Assembly: GCA_000091205.1 (NCBI GenBank) | Contig: AP006485.2 | DNA: 64,000 nucleotides | Source: Cyanidioschyzon merolae | Taxonomy: Eukaryota | Reading direction: 5' to 3' (one strand) | Shown: positions 57,793-64,000 of the stretch, one piece after another | How positions within the stretch are numbered: the stretch's first letter is position 1 | Layout: every line of letters starts with the position of its first letter | Position numbers and translations under genes: made by a program | The notes under the pieces: model-generated | The model's database searches: none | Seen by the model: only the letters and a program-made list of their open reading frames with translations | What the model was told of the DNA's origin: nothing

Positions 57793-59007
57793 CTACGCAC
57801 ATATTCCATCGGTAAAGGTCGTTCCTTCAGGGCAGATGCACGTGTCTGTGCCACAAGTCGCCTCAGGCGGGCAGCACAGCAGGCGCTCGAAGCCGTACCA
57901 GAGCGGGGTCGAGAGCTTGCCGCAGTTCTGGTAGCCAGCACGGCAGGCGCAGTTCGTGTTGCTCGGAAGCGTCGTTGGTAGCGGCGTCGCTTCCCAGCTC
58001 TGCCACTGCTTGTTCTTGTTCTGTTGTACCTGCAGCTGAGCCTGGCGGATTGACAACACGCACGTCTGGGTCGGATCACAGCACTCCTGGCCACAGACAG
58101 TCTGGTTGGCGCTCGGGCAGGAGAGCATCGGCTGCTTGTAGTAGCACCATGGGATCTGGCTCAGGGCCTGTGAATCGGCACCCTGGTACGGGTAGATTGG
58201 CTCGAAGCAGCAGCCGCGTTGGAAGCACTCGTGCGACGAGATGCCCGGGAAGCCACAGTTCTGCCGCTCATTCGCATCCACGTAGCACGTTCCGAGCGGC
58301 TCGTAGCATATACCGTTCTGGTTATTCTGATGCTGCTGTTGCAGTTGCGAGGACCAATAGTAATTGGAGTCGAAGCAGCAACCATGGGCAACGCATTCCG
58401 ATTCAGTGACTTGCTGCCTGTTGCCCAGAGCTGCGCAGGGCAGTTGAATGGTGACGTTACAGTTCGGTTGCGGGTACTGCGGCTGATAGACGGGCTCCTG
58501 TCCGGGTTTGTAATAGCAGAAGGGCGCGTACTCGCCGGCTTGCGGCGGCAACCAGCAGCAGCCGTACGATGTACACTCTTGTGGGGTTATTCCAGGCCAA
58601 CCGCAAGCACTGCGGTTCTGAGGCGCCACATCGCAGCTCGGAGCTGGCGTCGGCAACAAGCAGGTGTAGCCGTTCCAGCAGCAACCATACTGAAGACACT
58701 GATCCTGGTTGAGGTTCACACCGCAGATTTCCACCGTATCACACTGCTGTTGCTGGTTGTTCTGGTTCTGGTACTGCTGCTGTTGTGTGAAGATTTGCTG
58801 CTGCTGCTGCTGTTGCTGCGGCTGCTGCTGAATGATGACTTGCTGCTGTTGCTGCGGCTGCAGTTGTTCACCATAGGTGCGCGCCAGCGTCGGCAAGGCC
58901 ACTACCGTCGTGACGGTTCCGCTACCAGCAAACAGGGCTGCCACCGCTGCTGCGAGTAACGTTACCAACAGAATAAATGAGAGGCGGCTGCGTTGCATCT
59001 TTCGCAA
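57793..59007 (-). CDS. Secreted Gln-rich protein with tandem trefoil (P-type)-like cysteine modules
   Basis: N-terminal signal peptide 'MRKMQRSRLSFILLVTLLAAAVAALFA'. Long polyQ/(CAG)n stretch. Modules 'CDVAPQNRSACGWPGITPQECTSYGCCWLPPQAGEYAPFCYY' and 'CYVDANERQNCGFPGISSHECFQRGCCFEPIY...IPWCYY' fit the trefoil consensus C-x9-R-x2-CG[FWY]PGI[ST]-x3-C-x3-GCC[FW]-x..-PWC[FY]. Two further degenerate modules are present. Confidence 0.6.
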   Translation of the reverse strand: MRKMQRSRLSFILLVTLLAAAVAALFAGSGTVTTVVALPTLARTYGEQLQPQQQQQVIIQQQPQQQQQQQQIFTQQQQYQNQNNQQQQCDTVEICGVNLNQDQCLQYGCCWNGYTCLLPTPAPSCDVAPQNRSACGWPGITPQECTSYGCCWLPPQAGEYAPFCYYKPGQEPVYQPQYPQPNCNVTIQLPCAALGNRQQVTESECVAHGCCFDSNYYWSSQLQQQHQNNQNGICYEPLGTCYVDANERQNCGFPGISSHECFQRGCCFEPIYPYQGADSQALSQIPWCYYKQPMLSCPSANQTVCGQECCDPTQTCVLSIRQAQLQVQQNKNKQWQSWEATPLPTTLPSNTNCACRAGYQNCGKLSTPLWYGFERLLCCPPEATCGTDTCICPEGTTFTDGICA

Positions 59008-60326
59008 TTGAAAATAAATACCAACGCTCGTGAAAACTCAGAAAATTATAAATTGTATCACTTTTGTGAATAATGGTTCGATGAACGCTCCCGTTTTGCT
59101 TCCTGAGCGCCAATGACACACACACACCGATGCGAACGCTTGACACGCTTATGTTCAGCAAAGGACACGGGAGTGAGATGCCTATGTCCAACGTTCGTGC
59201 TCGAAGGAAGATGCCACAACGACAAACAACAGAGTAGTGCTGTGTGCATCGGTAGCGACGCGGCGGGCCGTACACGGAGGCTGGACCCAATGGGTCTACA
59301 ACCGCCACGCCCAGGACCGAGGAGAGAGGCCCTCGCTTTAGGCCCGCGACGTAACGGAATCGCAGCAGTGTACAGGGCGCTGCAGGCATCATACGCGGCG
59401 AATCGGCGGGCCAAATTCCGTTCGCGCCGTCGCTGGCGGTGCGCAAGGCTAGGATCGCCAGCGCGCTAGCCTCGCCACGTGGCGCGCTCTACTGCGGCAT
59501 CAGGTGCGCACGCATGCGCCTTGATCGGTCAGTGCGTCGTGGCGCACCGACGCCGCCGGCTGATGATGACGCTTTGATCGATCCTGCAGCGTTCCGCGTG
59601 GATGCGATCTACACACGAAAACGGGTACACGAGACAGGCACGCTGACGTGCCTCGCCCTGCGTACGGTGTGGTGACGGCTCGGCGCAGTGGCCGGCGGCA
59701 GTGCAATCGCTGCACTGCGCTATGCGAGCTTTCCGTGAAAGTCCAGTGGTTGTTGCGAACCTGGGGCGGTCCGATTGGGGCTCTGCATCCAGGTTGGCAC
59801 GACAACGTGATGGTACAATCATCTATTTTTCGAACAAAAAGCAACTTTTATATCCAGAACGGATCATCGTGTTCAGCGCATCCTCTGAAATCCGAACGCT
59901 CGCCGCCACACCATCCCGCGGACTTGGCATACGCGCACAGCACCCGGATTCCATTCACAACGCGAGGTTGTAATTGTCCATTTATATATATAAAGATGCA
60001 ATTATATCCCATATCCTCTTGAGCCTGTGACGGATTCTCGCGTGATCCGTCGCACGAGACGCCGCAACGGCCACGGGAATTCAAAACGTGAAATGTGACG
60101 CGGCAGCCGTCCAGCGGCGGCGCCAGCCGCGCGCCACCAATGGAGCCGTACAGCGCGTCCGTTCAGGCCATGTTCGCGGCTACCGGGTCGCCAGACGACG
60201 TGACGAGCGTTCAAGCTGCATCAAGACCCGAATAATTGCCCATTCGAACGCTTTCTCTTCAGTCAGGCAGGCAATCGGCGTACGCATCGTCCCGGAGGGA
60301 GTCTAAGAGGCTCCCACTACAGCAAA

Positions 60327-63077
60327 ATGCCCGAGCAGAGTCAACGTATCCGCACAGGGCCGCGCAGCGCAGCTGTACCCACTACAGGTCACGCTCGCCT
60401 AGCTGCTGTGCAGCGAGTATCAGCAGCTACGGGCGAACGACGAGAACGCTTAAAGATAGAGAAAAACGTAACTGAGCGCGAGCCGGCGCAACGTATTGCG
60501 CCTTGTGTGGAGCAGCGACGTGCACGGCACCAGCCGTGGAGCGGGATCTCGCAAACACGGCAAGAGCCTAGCCGCCCCGAGCCTGTGCGCTCCAGTGCAA
60601 GTGCTGCGGGAACGCATGCGACTGCGTCTAGCAGCGGCGTAAACACACCCACAAACTCGGCAGCAGAACGGGTACAAGTTGCGGTGCGCTGTCGCCCTTT
60701 GTCTGTCGAACTGCTGCAGACTGGCGGTGATGCGCCCGTCCAAGCTGTTCGCGTCAATGAGTTATTGCGTGAAGTTCGCGTTCTGCAGCCTACCTATCTG
60801 GCGAGTGCCCATTTGGCTCGGTCAACAAACGCATCAGCGTTGACGGCAGCGGCGCCTGGTGTGCCGCTGCCCGTCTCTGAGGCCGACTTTGATCAGGTGC
60901 CTCCGTATGCGATGCGTTCCTTTACTTTTGACAAGGTTTTCCCCATGAATGCAGGGCAAGAACATGTGTACCAGAGTCTCGTGCAGCCAATCGTGAGCGA
61001 CTCGATCCTCGGCTACAACTGTACGATTTTTGCGTACGGACAAACCGGCACTGGCAAAACGTACACCATGGAGGGCGTGCTGCCAGGACACACCGCTGAG
61101 CCCGGTGCAAGCGGCTGCTCACTCCCGCCAACAGCAGGAATCATTCTTCGAGCCGCAAACCAAATATTTGCCACACTGAAGGATCGCAGCAACGATATCG
61201 AATACACCGTTCGTTGCTCACATCTGGAGCTCTACAATGAGCAGCTTAGCGACTTGCTCGCCGTCGAGGGTGCTGCTCATCCCATGCGCATCCTGCAGGA
61301 TCCCTCAAAAGGCGGTGTTTTCGTTTCCGGACTGGAGGAAATCGTCGTTCGCAACGAGCAGGAGATCATGGCGCTCTTGGAGAAGAGTTCGCAGCGCCGT
61401 CGCACTGCGGAGACAAGCCTCAACCGATACTCTTCCCGGTCACACGCCATTTTCACGATCACGATTCACGTGCGAGAAATGACGCCTGACGGTGAGGATC
61501 TTCTCCGAGTTGGCAAGTTGAATCTCGTGGACCTGGCTGGCTCCGAGAACATTGGGCGCTCGGGTGCAACGCATGAACGAGCACGGGAAGCAGGCTCTAT
61601 TAACCAGTCGCTGCTTACACTGGGTCGCGTCATTAATGCGCTTATCGAAGGTCAGGTCCACATCCCGTATCGCGACAGCAAGTTAACACGGCTACTGCAG
61701 GAGTCTCTGGGCGGCCGCAACAAGACTGCTATCGTTGCCACCATAAGCCCTGCGGCTGCAGATCTCGAGGAGACACTCAATACACTCGATTATGCTTTCA
61801 GGGCGAAGAACATTCGCAATCGACCCACTCTGAATCAAATGCTGATGAAGAAGACGCTGATTCGGGAGTATGCGGAAGAGATCGCACGTCTGCGTCTCGA
61901 GCTCGAGGCAACACGGGCCAAAAACGGCATCTTCGTGCCGCCCGAGCTCTACGCCGAAATGGACGAGGCCCGCCGAACGCACCGTGATCGAATTGCAGCG
62001 CTGGAGCAACGAATCCAGGATCAGGCCCAAGAGCGTGACGTACTCGAGCGAATGCTGGACGAGTCCCGTGACCAGCTGGCACAATCACAGGAGCGGCAGC
62101 AGGTGCTCGAGGGTGAGCTCCGAGCACGAGACGCGGCCATGCACCAGCTACAAGCGCATCTGCACAGACTGGACGCTCAACAGAAAGAAAGCCGCTTCCT
62201 CTTGCGCGAACAAAAGCGAGTGGAAGAACAGCTCGCTTCCGAAGCCCTGTGCCTCATGAACAATCTCACTCAGAGCCTGGTGGATCTCGACACGCTCTAC
62301 GCGAAACTAGAGGAGCGCGATCGCTCGCATAGGGCGTTTTACGGCCACGTGCGTGAACTGGAAACGGTATGCGCAGATACAATGCACCAAATTCGCAGCG
62401 AGATTCACCAGCTGGAGGAACGCATCGAAACCCACGATCATCTCATCCGGGATCGATTCAGTCAGTGCCTGTCATCTTCAATGACGTCGGTGCCGGTGTG
62501 CAAAGCGGACGACGCATACGAACCTGGCGCTGACAAGGAAAATATGAGCGTGTTTGCTAGCGAGCCTCATCTGCAACCATCGACGGATGCGTTACGAGAT
62601 ACGCCAAAGCGGCGCCACTGGAGCTATCCCCGAAAACTGACCCGATCAGCTCCTGAGCACGAACTGCTTGCAGCGTATCGCGGATTGGATGTACATCCCG
62701 CGCGCAGTGATGGGGCAGTAGCAACCATAGAGGCCGCGACGACGACGCTGCCCACCCCGGATGCTGGTTCAGATCAGGGCGAAGCGCCGACATTGCCCTC
62801 GGATGCCACATTCACTCACGATAGGACGCCTTGCGATCCCAGTATCGATGCAATCAAGACGTCGACAAATACAACGGCGACGACTGCATGCGAGCAGGCG
62901 CCACAGCGCGCGGAAACGCTGGACACGATACAGACGCACGATCCTAGCTCGCGGCGTCAGCATCGTCAAACTTGGCCTGGAACTGTCCCGGATGCGAGTC
63001 GTGTGCACCGTCAACCGCCAACGAGCGCCAGCGTCGTTCACCGAGATCGATGTTCAACGCCGGCCCATGTGACGTAA
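60327..63077 (+). CDS. Kinesin-5 (BimC/Eg5 family) motor protein
   Basis: Motor domain 'VQVAVRCRP', P-loop 'FAYGQTGTGKTYTMEG', switch I 'NRYSSRSHAIF', switch II 'LVDLAGSENIGRSGA', 'LLTLGRVINAL'. Kinesin-5 neck 'NQMLMKKTLIREYAEEIARLRLEL' is followed by about 330 aa of coiled-coil stalk. There is an about 115-aa N-terminal extension. Confidence 0.9.
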   Translation: MPEQSQRIRTGPRSAAVPTTGHARLAAVQRVSAATGERRERLKIEKNVTEREPAQRIAPCVEQRRARHQPWSGISQTRQEPSRPEPVRSSASAAGTHATASSSGVNTPTNSAAERVQVAVRCRPLSVELLQTGGDAPVQAVRVNELLREVRVLQPTYLASAHLARSTNASALTAAAPGVPLPVSEADFDQVPPYAMRSFTFDKVFPMNAGQEHVYQSLVQPIVSDSILGYNCTIFAYGQTGTGKTYTMEGVLPGHTAEPGASGCSLPPTAGIILRAANQIFATLKDRSNDIEYTVRCSHLELYNEQLSDLLAVEGAAHPMRILQDPSKGGVFVSGLEEIVVRNEQEIMALLEKSSQRRRTAETSLNRYSSRSHAIFTITIHVREMTPDGEDLLRVGKLNLVDLAGSENIGRSGATHERAREAGSINQSLLTLGRVINALIEGQVHIPYRDSKLTRLLQESLGGRNKTAIVATISPAAADLEETLNTLDYAFRAKNIRNRPTLNQMLMKKTLIREYAEEIARLRLELEATRAKNGIFVPPELYAEMDEARRTHRDRIAALEQRIQDQAQERDVLERMLDESRDQLAQSQERQQVLEGELRARDAAMHQLQAHLHRLDAQQKESRFLLREQKRVEEQLASEALCLMNNLTQSLVDLDTLYAKLEERDRSHRAFYGHVRELETVCADTMHQIRSEIHQLEERIETHDHLIRDRFSQCLSSSMTSVPVCKADDAYEPGADKENMSVFASEPHLQPSTDALRDTPKRRHWSYPRKLTRSAPEHELLAAYRGLDVHPARSDGAVATIEAATTTLPTPDAGSDQGEAPTLPSDATFTHDRTPCDPSIDAIKTSTNTTATTACEQAPQRAETLDTIQTHDPSSRRQHRQTWPGTVPDASRVHRQPPTSASVVHRDRCSTPAHVT

Positions 63078-63431
63078 TCCCGGGCACGTCTCGGCAACGA
63101 AGGCGACGGCAACGCATCGGTAATCAGCAGCACGGCGACGAGCGGTCGCTCGCTGCGACGCAGTGCCAATGCCGCTCAGCATCGCGACGCCACAGCTCCC
63201 ACAGCGATGTATCGTTGGCGACAGACGCCATGAGGCTGCGGTCGCTTGCTCGACCAAGGCAGTCGCAATGCCGGGTCCCGGCACGCAAGGCCAGGGCACC
63301 GTCCTGGCAATCCTGCGGACACCAGCTCGCTTTCTCTGACGTGCGCGTGCGTCGTGTGCGCTCGCGCAGGCATCGCTGGACCCGCCCGGGAAGCCTTGAC
63401 ACTCCCTGGAAACCCCCAGATGCCGACTTCA

Positions 63432-64000
63432 CTACGCAGCGTTGGTATCCAGACGTCCATCCGCAGATGCTGCTGACCAGATCTTGACGGAGCGATCGCG
63501 TTCGAGGGCGCCACTCGCGATGACGTGATCTGTCGGATGTGCGTCCACTGCCAGCACAACATCGGTGTGCGCCTCAAGGCGCTGGACCATCTTCCGTGTG
63601 TGCAGATTCCACAGGTACACAAACCCGTCTTCGCTACCACTCAGCACATACTTGTGCTCGGGGTGTGTCACCACAAACGTGCTGAATACACAGTAGCGAG
63701 CATTGCAATGTCCCCGCAAAGTCTTGAGCACCCGCCCTTGGCCATCGCGGTAGCTCCATAAACGTATCGTGCTATCTAGGGTATTCGCCAGGATGTAGCC
63801 CCCGTTGGGGGTGAATTTCACAAAGCTCACAGGCAAGCTTTCCTCTCCAACGATCGTATATAAACAACGGCCATCAGGCACGTCCCATATCCTACAAAGC
63901 CCATCATACGACGAAGATACCAACAGGGTTCCGTCGCGATTGAAATGCACCGCACTCACCGGTTCCGAGTGCGCCGGCAGCGTCCGTAGACATCGACGCA
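63432..64000 (-). CDS. WDR5: WDR5 (WD40 histone H3K4 methyltransferase complex subunit), 3' portion; the gene continues past the window end
   Basis: '[26 protein letters not shown]...[26 protein letters not shown]...[30 protein letters not shown]...[15 protein letters not shown]' is near-identical in order to animal WDR5. Hand translation of 63960-64000 (minus) gives '...[13 protein letters not shown]', continuous with WDR5 'GKCLKTLPAHSDP'. The ORF-track 'M' at 63959 is in fact GTG (Val), so this is not the start. Confidence 0.9.
   Translation of the reverse strand, partial: RRCLRTLPAHSEPVSAVHFNRDGTLLVSSSYDGLCRIWDVPDGRCLYTIVGEESLPVSFVKFTPNGGYILANTLDSTIRLWSYRDGQGRVLKTLRGHCNARYCVFSTFVVTHPEHKYVLSGSEDGFVYLWNLHTRKMVQRLEAHTDVVLAVDAHPTDHVIASGALERDRSVKIWSAASADGRLDTNAA

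Overview
This window reads as gene-dense, almost intron-free eukaryotic nuclear DNA of moderate GC, with complete single-exon housekeeping genes on both strands and no operons, CRISPR arrays or rRNA. A Tat-type (RR) lumenal signal on one protein and long plastid-like N-terminal extensions on others suggest a photosynthetic protist or alga, but this is an inference.

Confidently recognised genes, in order along the window:
- Nbp35/NUBP1, a cytosolic Fe-S assembly ATPase
- a short-chain 3-hydroxyacyl-CoA dehydrogenase
- a 45-aa RNA polymerase subunit Rpb12/RPABC4, which the supplied ORF track misses because it is under 60 aa
- COP9 signalosome subunit CSN1
- the FHIT histidine-triad hydrolase
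- a YrdC/Sua5 threonylcarbamoyl-AMP synthase
- ribosomal protein L9 (uL6)
- PLAA/Doa1 (WD40 + PFU + PUL domains)
- eRF3
- aspartate aminotransferase
- D-3-phosphoglycerate dehydrogenase with an ACT domain
- a class-I ascorbate/cytochrome-c-type peroxidase homologue that lacks the distal His/Trp
- V-ATPase subunit C
- a 2319-aa Sec16-like low-complexity giant
- a secreted Gln-rich protein with tandem trefoil (P-type) cysteine modules
- a kinesin-5 motor
- the 3' part of WDR5, which runs off the window end

The most interesting non-housekeeping signal is a decayed transposable-element family present as at least four fragments. Its longest copy (about 25.6-27.9 kb) carries frameshifted remnants of a TnpB/Fanzor-like protein: a RuvC-II-like 'LNLVRKIIDAV...IEIGE' block, then a C-terminal zinc-ribbon/RuvC-III motif 'C.C..C...RDRDFNGAINI'. 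A second fragment sits at 2.56-3.54 kb. Two about 99%-identical 690-bp fragments at 42.9 kb and 56.96 kb lie in direct orientation and bracket the Sec16-like gene.

Other structure:
- a 76-bp x 8 minisatellite immediately upstream of the Sec16-like gene
- a 58-bp x 2 tandem duplication
- CAG/CTG and GAC microsatellites, several of them coding (polyQ/polyD)
- an unexplained GC-rich 0.7-kb island

The ORF track uses non-ATG starts in places (GTG is reported as M), so 5' ends are approximate.
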